From Candidatus Eiseniibacteriota bacterium (GTDB taxonomy: Bacteria; Eisenbacteria; RBG-16-71-46; CAVPCR01): a stretch of 64,000 nucleotides of DNA. Shown piece by piece: positions 9,234 through 19,238 of the stretch. The DNA is taken from positions 1,408,001 through 1,472,000 of the forward strand of contig CAVPCR010000001.1 in the NCBI GenBank assembly GCA_963702435.1. The letters run 5' to 3'. Made by a program: the position numbers and the translations under genes. Under the pieces are notes generated by a model that worked only from the letters and a program-made list of their open reading frames with translations, made no database searches and had not been told where the DNA came from. Within the stretch, counting starts at the first letter, position 1. Each line of letters opens with the position of its first letter.

Positions 9234-11480
9234 CTAGCGGGCATAGGCGAAGGTCAGGGTCTCCGCTCCGACCACGGCGCCCCCGCCGGGCACGCGGGCC
9301 TCGAAACGCAACAGGTAGACGCCGCTCGGGAGGTCGCCGCCGGCGATCGTGTCGAGCGGGATCCCCCGGGATGCCTCCACGCGCCCCGTGTACTCCCCGA
9401 CCTCCGAACCCGTCGCATTGAAGACCCAGCAGCGGAGGTCGGCGCCGCCGGTGAGCCGGAGCCGGAGCTCACCCGCGCCCAGGGAGCCCAGGACCGGGTT
9501 CGGGGCGATAAAGGCATCGCGGAGCACGAGATCGCGCACGGCGAGCTCGGTCGACCCCTCGAGGCGGGCGACGACCACCTCGTTCTCCGTCACGTCGAGC
9601 TCGACCCCGATGGTCCCGGCATGGCTCGCCGCCGCGGTCCACGGCAGGAGAATCTCGCGGTCGACTCCGCGGCCCCAGTCCGGGAAGGTCGTGTCGGTCC
9701 GGGCCACGACGGCGCCGCCGGCCGAGAGCACGGCGGCGACATCCACCGGCCCGGTCCGCCCCGGCCCGGCGTTCAGGACCCGCGCGCGGGCGACCAGATC
9801 CTCGCCGGCTGCCGCCTCCACGGTCAGATCCCCGCCGGCGTCGAAGACGAGGACCCCCCTGGCCGGCAGCACGAACGGCTCCGGCCCGACCGGAGCCGTC
9901 GTCGCGTACTGCCCGAGGGTCATGACCACGACCTCGGTCGTCCGCCGCATGAGATCGACGCCGTCCACGGCGGCAAGAGCGTCGATCGTGTCGGTCACGC
10001 GATGGTAGTGCGGATTGTGGGCCACGATGTCGGTGTTCTCGATGAAGAGGACCGCGCTCGCGCCCTCGCCCCAGAACGGCGCGTGGTCGGAGTAGTTGAG
10101 CGTGGGCTGCACGACCTTGTCGAGCTCGTCGAGCCCGTTCGCTTGATCGAGCGCCTGCTCGGCGGCGCCGACCATGTCGGCGAGCCACTCGGACGTGTAA
10201 TTGGTGAGCACGTTCATCGAGTCGGCGGCGCGCGCGTTGTAGCCCACCATGTCGAGCACGAGCGCACCGATCACCTGATCGATGCCCGCGAGCGCGGAGT
10301 CGGCGACGAAGGCCTTGCTCCCGAGGAGCACCTGCTCCTCGCCGCCGAAGAGAATGATCTCGATGTCAAAGTCGTAGCGCGCCTGGGCGAGGACCCGCGC
10401 CGCCTCGATCACGCTCGCGGTGCCCGAGGCGTTGTCATCGGCGCCGGGCGCGGGATCGACGGCGGGGTCCCAGTCCGGCGTGCGCCGCGCCGTCGAGTCG
10501 TAGTGGCCGCCGAGCACGTAGCGGCCGCTCCCGGAGCGCTCGCCGCGCCGGCGCGCGATCACGTTGTAGAGGGTGAGCGTGTCCTCGTCCACATGCGCGG
10601 AGAACGGCTGGAGGAAGACCGTGTCTCCCGGCGCCGAGAAGACGGCGCGGAGCGCATCCACGAGGTAGTCGCGCGCGGCGAGGTGCTCCGGCCGGCCCGA
10701 GTAGCGCGTGGCGCCCGGTCCGGTGGAGAGATCGCGCACCGTGTCCTCGATGCGCGCGCCGTCGACGAGACCGGCGAGGGCGAGCGCCCGCGCGCGGGCT
10801 GCCGGATCACCAAGCCGGTTCTGCCGGTACGGATGGGCGCGCTCCGCGGCGGGGAGCGGGGCCAGCGCCCGGGGCGGGAGCGAGCGCGGGAGCGGCATGA
10901 GGTGTGCGCCGCCGAGATGGAGATGGAGGGGCGCGTCGCGCCCCGCGTCGCGCGCGGCGGGCTCTTCACCGGCCGCCGCGGCCAGCGTGGCGACGTCGGT
11001 CGGCCAGAGCGCGAGGACCCGGAGATCATCGGAGGCGGCGCGATAGATGGTGAAAGGATCGAGCAACACCCGGTGGGCGGGGTCGAGCTCGCTCTCGCGC
11101 ACCTGGACGAGATCGGCCGGAGCGGCGGGAGCGGAGAGATGGGCGCTCGCGGTGAGCTGCTCGGTGCCGGGCCAGGCCGCCTCGAAGGCGGCCCCCGCAC
11201 CGGGATCCACCTCGACGAGGGCGTAGCCGCGCCCGCCGAGCCGGATGCGCACTCCGGCGGCCGTGGAAGCAGCCAGGCGCGCAGCCAGGGCGCCCGGTTC
11301 ATCGCGGACCACATAGATCGCCGAGGCCGGCGCGGAGCGGTCGTCAGCGGTCCGGCCGGGGCGCGGGAGGGCGATCACGGCGGCCGCTGCGCCGGCGAGG
11401 GCGAGGAGGGCGGGGAGCGCGACGCCCCTCAGCCGAGACCGACCCGGGCAGCCGCCCGAACCTGGAGAACGATGCGTCAA
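9234..11480 (-). CDS. Secreted M28-family zinc peptidase with C-terminal FlgD-Ig/T9SS-CTD-like domain
   Basis: GHYDS, PGADDNASG, GEEQ, DMVG, SDHAPF; C-terminal APNPV...LPSGVYLLR; TTG start 11480 (alternative 11510). Confidence 0.88.
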   Translation of the reverse strand: MTHRSPGSGGCPGRSRLRGVALPALLALAGAAAAVIALPRPGRTADDRSAPASAIYVVRDEPGALAARLAASTAAGVRIRLGGRGYALVEVDPGAGAAFEAAWPGTEQLTASAHLSAPAAPADLVQVRESELDPAHRVLLDPFTIYRAASDDLRVLALWPTDVATLAAAAGEEPAARDAGRDAPLHLHLGGAHLMPLPRSLPPRALAPLPAAERAHPYRQNRLGDPAARARALALAGLVDGARIEDTVRDLSTGPGATRYSGRPEHLAARDYLVDALRAVFSAPGDTVFLQPFSAHVDEDTLTLYNVIARRRGERSGSGRYVLGGHYDSTARRTPDWDPAVDPAPGADDNASGTASVIEAARVLAQARYDFDIEIILFGGEEQVLLGSKAFVADSALAGIDQVIGALVLDMVGYNARAADSMNVLTNYTSEWLADMVGAAEQALDQANGLDELDKVVQPTLNYSDHAPFWGEGASAVLFIENTDIVAHNPHYHRVTDTIDALAAVDGVDLMRRTTEVVVMTLGQYATTAPVGPEPFVLPARGVLVFDAGGDLTVEAAAGEDLVARARVLNAGPGRTGPVDVAAVLSAGGAVVARTDTTFPDWGRGVDREILLPWTAAASHAGTIGVELDVTENEVVVARLEGSTELAVRDLVLRDAFIAPNPVLGSLGAGELRLRLTGGADLRCWVFNATGSEVGEYTGRVEASRGIPLDTIAGGDLPSGVYLLRFEARVPGGGAVVGAETLTFAYAR

Positions 11481-12032
11481 TCGAGTGTCCTTGGGGCCAC
11501 GGCGAATCAAGGGTCACGACGGGGCCGGCCAGGCCTTGAGGTGAGCGCGGGGCGGCTGGCGACGAGAAGAGGCGCGGAGGATTCGCCCCTGCAAGAAGGA
11601 CCCACGCTAGCACAGGGCCGGGGCGGGCGTCCACGCTCGGCGGACGGGGCGAGCCCCGGAGAGCGGCGCGCGAGCGGGCGCGCCGGCGCCCGCTCGCCGG
11701 CCGACTCCGGGACCCACCGGCGGACACCTGGCCCTCCGCTGCCGCCGGACAGCGGCACCGCTGACCGGCGAACTCCGGCACCCGCAGGCGGCCGGAGGCC
11801 GGCCGTTGTCAGGGCCGGCGCGGCGCTGCTAGGATTCATCCCGACAACGCGGTCCCGCGGCCCGGCGGTACGGATGCGCTCCGCACCGAGCGCCGCGACG
11901 AGCCATGGCCCGGGGCACGCCCCACCCGATGCCCGCAGTCTCGAGCCCACCTCGTGACCTGTCGTCCTTGACCAGAGCACGCGCTCTCGCGCCGGCCTCG
12001 AGTCCCCCGCAGGGACGGCGCTCGCTTGCCGC

Positions 12033-12905
12033 ATGATCGACACCCACTGCCACCTCTCCCATGACCGGTTCCGGGCGGACCGCGACGCGGTGCTCGAACG
12101 CGCGCGCACGGCGGGAGTCACGGCCGCCATCGAGGTCGGCTGGGATCTCGCCTCGAGCCGCGCCGCGCTCGCGCTCGCCCGGCTGCATCCGGGCACGCTC
12201 TATCCGGCAGCAGGGATCCATCCGCATTACGCGGCCGCCGCTCCGGCCGACACGATCGCCGAGCTCCGCGCGCTCGCCGCGGAGGCGTCCCGCGCCGCGG
12301 GGGCGTCCGGCGCCCCGGAGGCGTCCCGCGCCCCGGTGGCACCGCTCGTCGCGATCGGAGAGACCGGCCTCGACTTCTACCGGAACCTCTCGCCGCGCGA
12401 GCGGCAGGAGGAGATCTTCCGCGCACACATCCGCCTCGCGCGCGAGCTCGGGCTGCCCCTCGTCGTTCATTCCCGGGAGGCGACCGCGCGCACGCTCGAG
12501 ATCCTCGCCGCGGAGACGGCCGGTGGCGCGGCCAACGGCGCCGGCGGCGTCCTCCATTGCTTCTCAGGAAACCGCGCCGAGGCGCAAGAAGCGGTGGAGC
12601 GCGGCTTCCTCCTCGGGTTCGGCGGCACCCTCACCTACGGCGACCAGGAGCTCGCGGCGGTGGCGCGCGAGATCCCGGCGACGGCCCTCCTCCTCGAAAC
12701 CGACGCTCCGTACCTGGCCCCTGCGCCCCGCCGCCGCGAACGGAACGAGCCGGCCTGGATGGCGACCGTGCGCGAGCATCTGGCGGAGATCCGCCAGGTG
12801 AGCCCGGAGGAGATCGACCGCGCGACGACCGAGAACGCCCGCCGCCTGTTCCGCCTGCCCCGGCCGGCCGCGGACCCGCCGCCCGCCGCGGGAGAGGTCC
12901 GGTGA
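12033..12905 (+). CDS. tatD: TatD-family hydrolase/nuclease
   Basis: IDTHCH, IGETGLD, VHSR, VLHCF, LETDAPY. Confidence 0.95.
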   Translation: MIDTHCHLSHDRFRADRDAVLERARTAGVTAAIEVGWDLASSRAALALARLHPGTLYPAAGIHPHYAAAAPADTIAELRALAAEASRAAGASGAPEASRAPVAPLVAIGETGLDFYRNLSPRERQEEIFRAHIRLARELGLPLVVHSREATARTLEILAAETAGGAANGAGGVLHCFSGNRAEAQEAVERGFLLGFGGTLTYGDQELAAVAREIPATALLLETDAPYLAPAPRRRERNEPAWMATVREHLAEIRQVSPEEIDRATTENARRLFRLPRPAADPPPAAGEVR

Positions 12906-13813
12906 GCGCGCCCGCCGCCGTGCACGGCGACGCGGCCGTCGCGGCGAGCGCCCTCCGCGCCCGCTATCGCGCGACCGGGATCCGGCCCGCGAAGCGGCTC
13001 GGGCAGCACTTCCTCGCCGATCTCAACCTGGCGCGGAAGATCGTCGCCGAGCTCGGACCGCCCGATCCCGCGAGCCCGGTCCTCGAGATCGGCCCCGGCC
13101 TCGGCGCGCTCACCTTCCTCCTCGCGGAGGCGGGGCACACTGCCGTCGCGGTCGAGATCGATCCGCGCCTCGCGGACTGGCTCGGCGAGGCGCTCGCTCC
13201 GTGGCCCCGCGTCGCGGTGGCGACCGCCGACATTCGGACGTTCTCGCTCGATCGCGTCGCGGGATCGCGGCTCCGCGTGGTCGGGAACCTGCCCTACTAC
13301 CTGACGTCGGAGATCCTCCTCCAGCTCAAGCGCGAATCGGCGCGGATCGCGAGCGCCGTCGTGATGATGCAGGACGAGGTCGCCGCACGCCTCCTCGCCG
13401 GCCCCGGCTCGCGCGCCTACAGCTCGCTCACCGTGGCGCTCGCCCTCGACTTCGCGATCGAGTCCTGCTTCCGGGTGCCGCGGCAGGCGTTCTGGCCGGC
13501 GCCGGATGTCGACTCCGCGATCGTCCGGCTCACCCCCCTCGCTGCCGCAGCGGGCGGCGCGCTCGCTTCCCCGGCCCGGCGCGCCCTCGTCGAGCGCGTG
13601 GTGCGCGCCGGCTTCGCGCATCGCCGGAAGACCCTTGCGAGCTCGCTCGCCGCCGAGCTCCCGATCGCGCGCCCACGCCTCGAAACCCACCTGCGCGCGC
13701 TCGATCTCGACCCGACCCGCCGCGCCGAGACGCTCGCCCCGGTCGATTTCGTGCGGCTTGCCGCCGCCCTCGCCGTGGAGATCGCGCCGCCGGGCGCCGA
13801 GAACGAGTCATGA
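12902..13813 (+). CDS. rsmA: 16S rRNA m6,2A dimethyltransferase
   Basis: KRLGQHFL, EIGPGLG, GNLPYY, RRAETL; GTG overlaps tatD stop. Confidence 0.95.
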   Translation: MSAPAAVHGDAAVAASALRARYRATGIRPAKRLGQHFLADLNLARKIVAELGPPDPASPVLEIGPGLGALTFLLAEAGHTAVAVEIDPRLADWLGEALAPWPRVAVATADIRTFSLDRVAGSRLRVVGNLPYYLTSEILLQLKRESARIASAVVMMQDEVAARLLAGPGSRAYSSLTVALALDFAIESCFRVPRQAFWPAPDVDSAIVRLTPLAAAAGGALASPARRALVERVVRAGFAHRRKTLASSLAAELPIARPRLETHLRALDLDPTRRAETLAPVDFVRLAAALAVEIAPPGAENES

Positions 13814-15804
13814 GGATCCGCCTCCCCCTCCTCCTCGCCTGGCTCGGTGCAGTCGCGCTGGCGGCCGCCGTCGCCCTCGCCCCGCCGGCCGTCCTCGCCG
13901 GCGACGAGGACGGCGCCGCGGGTCTGGATGGGCAGAGCGCGCCCGGCGACAGCGCCGCCGGCGACTCGACCGGGGTCGGAGCGCTTCCCGACACCGCGCA
14001 GGTCAGTCTCGCCCGGCGCTCGGGGCGACGCTTTGCGCCCGCCTACACGAGCAAGTACGACATCAATCGCAACACGGACAGCTGGACGCAGACCCTCAAC
14101 TTCTCGACGTGGTCGGGCGCCATGGACCTGACCAACGCGACGACGATCTCAATCGGCAAGGACAAGACCCTCGATCGGGATCGCCGCAACAACACGAACA
14201 ACCTCACCCTCGGCTATCAGTTCCCGAATGGGATCAAAGCCTCGGGCACGCTCGGCATCATCCGGAACAGCACGGTGGACGCGGGCCGCACCGACACCCA
14301 GCAGAACTCGGAGAACGTGAACGTGGGCGTCCAGTACGCGAGGCCCCTCCCCGGCGGCATCGCCGCCACCTTCCGCGCCGGCGCCGGGACGACGCACGAC
14401 GTGTGGGTCGACCCGGCCACCTCGGACCGGACGAGCCTCGGCCCGCATGCGGACGCCTCGGCCAACTTCACCGCCAAGCGCCTGGCCGACTGGTCGCTCA
14501 ACACGTCGGTGCGCACCTCGCGCCTCCAATCAACCGAGAGCACCACCAACACGACGACCAGCGACCACAATCTCTCCGGCAACATCGCCCTCAACGCGAC
14601 GTTCAACGTGCGGGGATTCGATCCGTGGCGCGTCACCGTGGGCAATCAGCTCCAGCGGACGCAGTATCCGTTCCGGGAGGGCAGCATCGTCTTGCAGGAG
14701 ACCAATGACAACGTGAGCCGCGACGTGACGCTCGCCACCGGCATGACGCCGCGACCCAGGCTCAAGCTGGGCGGATCGATCTCCTACCGCAACAACGACA
14801 TCAATCGCGAGTTCGACACCGAACGCAGCCAGCAATCGATCGACCGCGCGCTCCGGGGCACGCTCGCCTATGCCTTCCGCGACTCGACGCGGGTGGACTT
14901 TCGCGGCGAGACGTCGCGCGCGCGAAGCCTCTATGATGACGTGAACCGCATCTTTCTGAACGGCACCACGTTCAATTCGTCCATGGGCGGCGCGGTGCGC
15001 CGGCCGCTGGGCCGCCGCGCCGCCTTCGATGCCGCCGGGAGCTACGCGCTGCAGAGCTTCCAGTTCGACGACACGGTCCTCAACACGGACGATCGCGACA
15101 TCCTGCGCGGCGACCTGGCGGCCAAGGTCGATTACAGCCCGACCAAGAAGATCGTCACGTTCCTGCGCTTCAGCTTCCAGCACAACCAGACCGTCTTCAT
15201 CGACGCCTCGAAGTCCGGAACCAATCAGACGCAGCAGGTGTATTCCATCCTGCCCTCCTTCGAGTACCGGTTCAATCCGCGGGTCTCCTTCCGCGAGGAG
15301 GCCTCGGCGATCGCCAACGCGACCTACTTCGACTTCAATGAGGACAACAACCGCCTCTCCCGCACCACTGAGCTGCGCTCGACCATCGATGCAATGGTCA
15401 TGCCCCGTCTCACGGTGAACCTGCGGCATAGCCTGCGCTTCCTCCAGGACGGCTCCTACCGGCGGGCTGACGACGGCGTTCGCCGCTTCGGCAAGGCCCG
15501 CGACGACCGCTCGCGCGATATCACGTTCCGGGCCGACTACAGGGTGATCCAGGGCGTGAGCGTCAACTTCCGCCAGAACAAGCGGGTGAGCGACATCACG
15601 ACGTTCCAGCAGCAGGGCACGCAGCTCCGGGAAACCACCGTCTCGAACGACTTCACCGAGATCGAGATGGGCTGTCAGGTGAACCGCACTCTCCGCATGG
15701 GGGCCACGGTCGGAGCGAATGTCCGCCGCTACCAGAGCTGGAACGATCGCGACTCGCACAACAACTACTGGGTAGGCAGCATCAACTTCGGGTACGTGTT
15801 CTAG
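13810..15804 (+). CDS. Large outer-membrane beta-barrel protein of unknown function
   Basis: Signal peptide; alternating amphipathic strands rich in N/S/T/D/R; C-terminal INFGYVF barrel signature; ATGA-coupled to rsmA. Confidence 0.75.
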   Translation: MRIRLPLLLAWLGAVALAAAVALAPPAVLAGDEDGAAGLDGQSAPGDSAAGDSTGVGALPDTAQVSLARRSGRRFAPAYTSKYDINRNTDSWTQTLNFSTWSGAMDLTNATTISIGKDKTLDRDRRNNTNNLTLGYQFPNGIKASGTLGIIRNSTVDAGRTDTQQNSENVNVGVQYARPLPGGIAATFRAGAGTTHDVWVDPATSDRTSLGPHADASANFTAKRLADWSLNTSVRTSRLQSTESTTNTTTSDHNLSGNIALNATFNVRGFDPWRVTVGNQLQRTQYPFREGSIVLQETNDNVSRDVTLATGMTPRPRLKLGGSISYRNNDINREFDTERSQQSIDRALRGTLAYAFRDSTRVDFRGETSRARSLYDDVNRIFLNGTTFNSSMGGAVRRPLGRRAAFDAAGSYALQSFQFDDTVLNTDDRDILRGDLAAKVDYSPTKKIVTFLRFSFQHNQTVFIDASKSGTNQTQQVYSILPSFEYRFNPRVSFREEASAIANATYFDFNEDNNRLSRTTELRSTIDAMVMPRLTVNLRHSLRFLQDGSYRRADDGVRRFGKARDDRSRDITFRADYRVIQGVSVNFRQNKRVSDITTFQQQGTQLRETTVSNDFTEIEMGCQVNRTLRMGATVGANVRRYQSWNDRDSHNNYWVGSINFGYVF

Positions 15805-15832
15805 AATCGGACGGACCCGGATGGAGGAAACG

Positions 15833-16432
15833 ATGCGAAGAGGAAACACCAGGCACCTGCCGCTCGCCTGCTGTGCGCTCGGCGCGCTCATCGCCGGCCT
15901 CGTCGCGTGCGATCTCTCGCCGCGGACGCCGGACGACCCCGGCGGCGGCGTCGATACCACGATCGTCAATCTGAGCGATCCCAGCCTCGTCCTCTACCAG
16001 ATCCAGGTCGGGCTCCGCACCGGACGCATCAACTCCTATATGAACGCGTTCATTCGGGACGACACGTTCAGCGAGGACTTCGTCTTCCACCCTGACGAGC
16101 GCGACTCGTTGACCCTCGTCCAGCAGAGCCCAGGCGTGTTCGACAACTGGACCTACGACGTCGAGCAGCAGGTGATGCAGGTCGTCATCAACCAGTACGC
16201 ACCGCGAGACGTGAGCTTCGTGACGGCGGAGTCTACCGTGGTCGTGCCCGGCTCGGTCGTCGTGCTCGACGAGAACTACGACCTGACCGTGGGGACGGAG
16301 CGCTACCAGGGACGGGCCGAGCTGCAGATGGTCCTCATCGGGAACGAGTGGCGCATATTCACGTGGATCGACCGCCGGCAGTCGGGCTCCGAGCTGAGCT
16401 CGTGGAGCCTCTTGAAGGGCGAGAACCGGTAG
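15833..16432 (+). CDS. Lipoprotein (NTF2-like), distant relative of the two downstream lipoproteins
   Basis: GGAGGA RBS; lipobox LVA-C; shared F.F.P.D...W...E pattern and terminal W.D motif. Confidence 0.75.
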   Translation: MRRGNTRHLPLACCALGALIAGLVACDLSPRTPDDPGGGVDTTIVNLSDPSLVLYQIQVGLRTGRINSYMNAFIRDDTFSEDFVFHPDERDSLTLVQQSPGVFDNWTYDVEQQVMQVVINQYAPRDVSFVTAESTVVVPGSVVVLDENYDLTVGTERYQGRAELQMVLIGNEWRIFTWIDRRQSGSELSSWSLLKGENR

Positions 16433-16447
16433 CCCCGCAGGACAGGC

Positions 16448-16501
16448 GCCGCCCGCTGGGCATGGGCCGCCCGGTGGGCATGGGCCGCCCGGTGGGCATG
16501 G
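16448..16501. repeat. 3 x 18-bp tandem repeat GCCGCCCGSTGGGCATGG
   Basis: Directly visible; no spacers. Confidence 0.85.
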
Positions 16502-16732
16502 GGGATCCGACCCGCAGCCCGCCGGCGGGGCAGGCGGGGCGGGCGAACCGGGCCGGCGGCGCGGGGTTCTAGGGTTGGCGCGCCGCCATGGCAGCGGCGC
16601 CCGCCGGGGCCGGCCTTGCCTCGTGGCTTGCCCACTTGGTAGACTGAAGTCTGACTCATCTCTCGCCCAAACCCCTGGTCCTTCCCGCTCGAACCCACCA
16701 AGAACGACGGGACGAGAAGAGGAATCCGCTAC

Positions 16733-17386
16733 ATGCTTCACCACCGCAGTGGCTTGCCGCTTTTCTGTGCGGCCGTCTTCGCGGCGCTTGCCCTGAGCGC
16801 CACCGGCTGCATCTTCAGCCCCGAGGATGACGACGACGATCCGCCGGTCCAGCCTCCGCTCAGGGTGTCGAGATCGCAGCCCGACAGCCTTCTGGTTGGA
16901 CTGCAGAGGATCTACAACGCAAAAGAGTACTCGATGATCGAGCGCCTGAGCGCCTACGACTCGCTCTTTCTGCGCAACTCGGATGATCCGCCGCGCCAGG
17001 GTTTCCTCTTCGAGTTCCAGCCTGCGGATGTCCCGGAGACGGGTCCGAGCTGGGGAATCGATCCGGAGCTCGAAGCGCATCGCGGTCTGTTCACGGCGCA
17101 GGACAACGGCGACGTCTACCTGCTCGAGCTCCGGATGACCTACGGGGCCGTCGATTCGCTGGAAGTGGACGCACCGGAAACCGGCTGGGACACCATCTTC
17201 GTCTCGAACGTCTACCTCCGGCTCATGTTCAACCCGAATGACGGGCTCGAGGTGAACGGCGGCCAGGCCGAGTTCACATTCGCGCCCGATCTCTACTCGG
17301 CGCGCACCCGGCCCGCTCCGCCGAACCACAACCCCTACTTCCAGAGCTACTGGATCGCCAAGTGGAAGGACCTCCCGCGGCCGTAG
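16733..17386 (+). CDS. Lipoprotein, tandem paralog A
   Basis: Lipobox ATG-C; long identical blocks shared with 17556..18194. Confidence 0.85.
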   Translation: MLHHRSGLPLFCAAVFAALALSATGCIFSPEDDDDDPPVQPPLRVSRSQPDSLLVGLQRIYNAKEYSMIERLSAYDSLFLRNSDDPPRQGFLFEFQPADVPETGPSWGIDPELEAHRGLFTAQDNGDVYLLELRMTYGAVDSLEVDAPETGWDTIFVSNVYLRLMFNPNDGLEVNGGQAEFTFAPDLYSARTRPAPPNHNPYFQSYWIAKWKDLPRP

Positions 17387-17409
17387 CCAGAGCGCGTTGA
17401 TGAACTGCC

Positions 17410-17457
17410 GTGCCCCGGGCCCGCGCCTCCCTCGAGGGGAGCGCGGGCCCGGGGCAC
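17410..17457 (+). terminator. GC-rich hairpin; 41 bp duplicated at 18222-18262
   Basis: GTGCCCCGGGCCCGCGC...GCGCGGGCCCGGGGCAC inverted repeat. Confidence 0.65.
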
Positions 17458-17555
17458 CTGCCCGCTTCGCTGCGTAGAGGAAAGTCGCCCACATAATCCG
17501 GATCCTCGCCGCTCCGACCCACCCACGAACGGCGGGACGAGAAGAGGAATCCGTC

Positions 17556-18194
17556 ATGCGACACCGCCAGAGCGCCTTGCCGCTCTTCTGCGCGGCCGGT
17601 TTTGCAGCGCTCGCGCTGAGCGCCGCCGGCTGCATCTTCGATCCGAAACCCGATCCCATAGAACCCCCGCTCCCGATCAAGATCTCGAGATCGCGGCCCG
17701 ACAGCCTGCTCATCGGTCTCCAGCGGATCTACAACGACAAGGAGCACACGGCGATCGAGCGGGTGAACGCCTATGACTCGCTCTTCCTGAAGCCCGACCC
17801 GAACACGGAACCGCCGCGGACCGGCTTCAAGTTCAACTTCCAGCCTGCGGATGTCCCGGAGACGGGTCCGAGCTGGGGGCTGGACGGGGAGCGCGAGGCC
17901 CATCGCGGCCTGTTCGCGGCTCAGGACAACGGCGAGATCTACCTTCTCGAGCTCAGGATCACCTACGGGGCGACCGAGCCCATCGACAACGAACCCGAGA
18001 AGGTGGACTGGCAACAGATCTTCGCCTCCAACGTCTACCTCCGGCTCATGTTCAATCCGAACGACGGCCTCGAGGTGAACGGCGGCCAGGCCGACTTCGA
18101 GTTCGCCCCGGAGCTCTCGAAACCGCCGGCCCCGCCCGGTGGTCTCTACGGCGGCTACTGGATCGGCGAGTGGACCGACCTGCCGCGACCGTAG
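17556..18194 (+). CDS. Lipoprotein, tandem paralog B
   Basis: Lipobox AAG-C; shares FQPADVPETGPSWG and SNVYLRLMFNPNDGLEVNGGQA with paralog A. Confidence 0.85.
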   Translation: MRHRQSALPLFCAAGFAALALSAAGCIFDPKPDPIEPPLPIKISRSRPDSLLIGLQRIYNDKEHTAIERVNAYDSLFLKPDPNTEPPRTGFKFNFQPADVPETGPSWGLDGEREAHRGLFAAQDNGEIYLLELRITYGATEPIDNEPEKVDWQQIFASNVYLRLMFNPNDGLEVNGGQADFEFAPELSKPPAPPGGLYGGYWIGEWTDLPRP

Positions 18195-18451
18195 GAAAAG
18201 CACCCGACTCGCAGAACGATCGTGCCCCGGGCCCGCGCCTCCCTCGAGGGGAGCGCGGGCCCTTCCATTTTGCTTCTCAGGCGATCCCGCGGGATCGCCG
18301 TGGCCTGCGCAGTTCAGATATGAAACGTCAACTTCAGATCTCCCAGCGTTGATCATGCCTATGCGTTTCGTTCTGGAACTTGTCGTGCTGCTCGCCTCGC
18401 TCATTCTCTGCAAGTCATTGTCTGACAACTCGTTTCAGGCTCCATCCGGAT

Positions 18452-18467
18452 CGGCACGCCGCCTGCT
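18452..18467 (+). promoter_or_regulatory. Putative sigma-54 (-24/-12) promoter of hsp20
   Basis: CGGCACGCCGCCTGCT = GG-N10-GC with GGCAC; IHF-like CAAGTCATTG about 40 bp upstream. Confidence 0.55.
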
Positions 18468-18574
18468 TTGTCATCAGGGCAAGAAGGAAAAGGAGCCTGG
18501 GCCCGCGACCCCGGGAGTGGTCGCCCGACCGGGCCCAGCCAGTCCCTGACGACATTTAGAGAAGGAGACAAGCC

Positions 18575-19024
18575 ATGAAGACCATGACCCGCTGGAACCC
18601 GCTCACCGATTCGCTCGCTCTCCGGAGCCCCCTGGGCGACGTGAGCCGGCTCATGGACGAGATGTTCCGCTTCCCCCTCGCCGAGGTGACGCAGGCGACC
18701 TACCCGTTCGCCGACGTCGTCGAGAGCGGTGACGCGTACACGGTCAACGTCGAGATCCCGGGCCTCAAGAAGGAGGACATCCAGCTCTCGGTCGAGGACA
18801 GCACGCTCTCGCTCCGCTTCACGAAGAAGGCCGAGGCCAAGGAGGAAGGCAAGACCTACCGCCACGTCGAGCGCTTCTACGGCACCTTCGAGCGGCACTT
18901 CCCGTTCGCGACCGTGGTCGACTCGAGCCAGGTGAAGGCCGCCTACAAGGACGGCGTCCTCGAGATCGTGCTGCCGAAGGCGGAGAACGCGCGCGAGCGG
19001 CAGATCGACGTCGAGATCAAGTAA
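18575..19024 (+). CDS. Small heat-shock protein Hsp20/alpha-crystallin
   Basis: EIPGLKKEDI, ERFYGTFER, AAYKDGVLEIVLPK; AAGGAG RBS. Confidence 0.95.
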   Translation: MKTMTRWNPLTDSLALRSPLGDVSRLMDEMFRFPLAEVTQATYPFADVVESGDAYTVNVEIPGLKKEDIQLSVEDSTLSLRFTKKAEAKEEGKTYRHVERFYGTFERHFPFATVVDSSQVKAAYKDGVLEIVLPKAENARERQIDVEIK

Positions 19025-19238
19025 CCATCACGCATCCAACGAGGCGCTCCTCCGCGAGCGAGCGTCTCGAGGCATGTGTCTGCCGCGGGGAGCAGCGGAC
19101 ACCGATCGGCGGGCGGGACCAGGAGGTTCCGCCCGTCGTGTTCGTCCGGCGATGGGCGCGAGCGACCGGCAGCGCCCGATCGCGAGCCGCCCCTTCGCGG
19201 CTTGACCCCCCGGGAGGGCCTCGTTAGCCTCGTCCATC

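Noticed and set aside
16448..16501. Short direct repeats as a CRISPR array
   Set aside because: Head-to-tail 18-bp units with no spacers; no cas genes in the window.
17477..17490. GAGGAAAGTC resembling the RNase P RNA 5' motif
   Set aside because: Continues GCCC rather than the conserved CGGGC-type helix; only ~170 bp of intergenic space; no 3' consensus.
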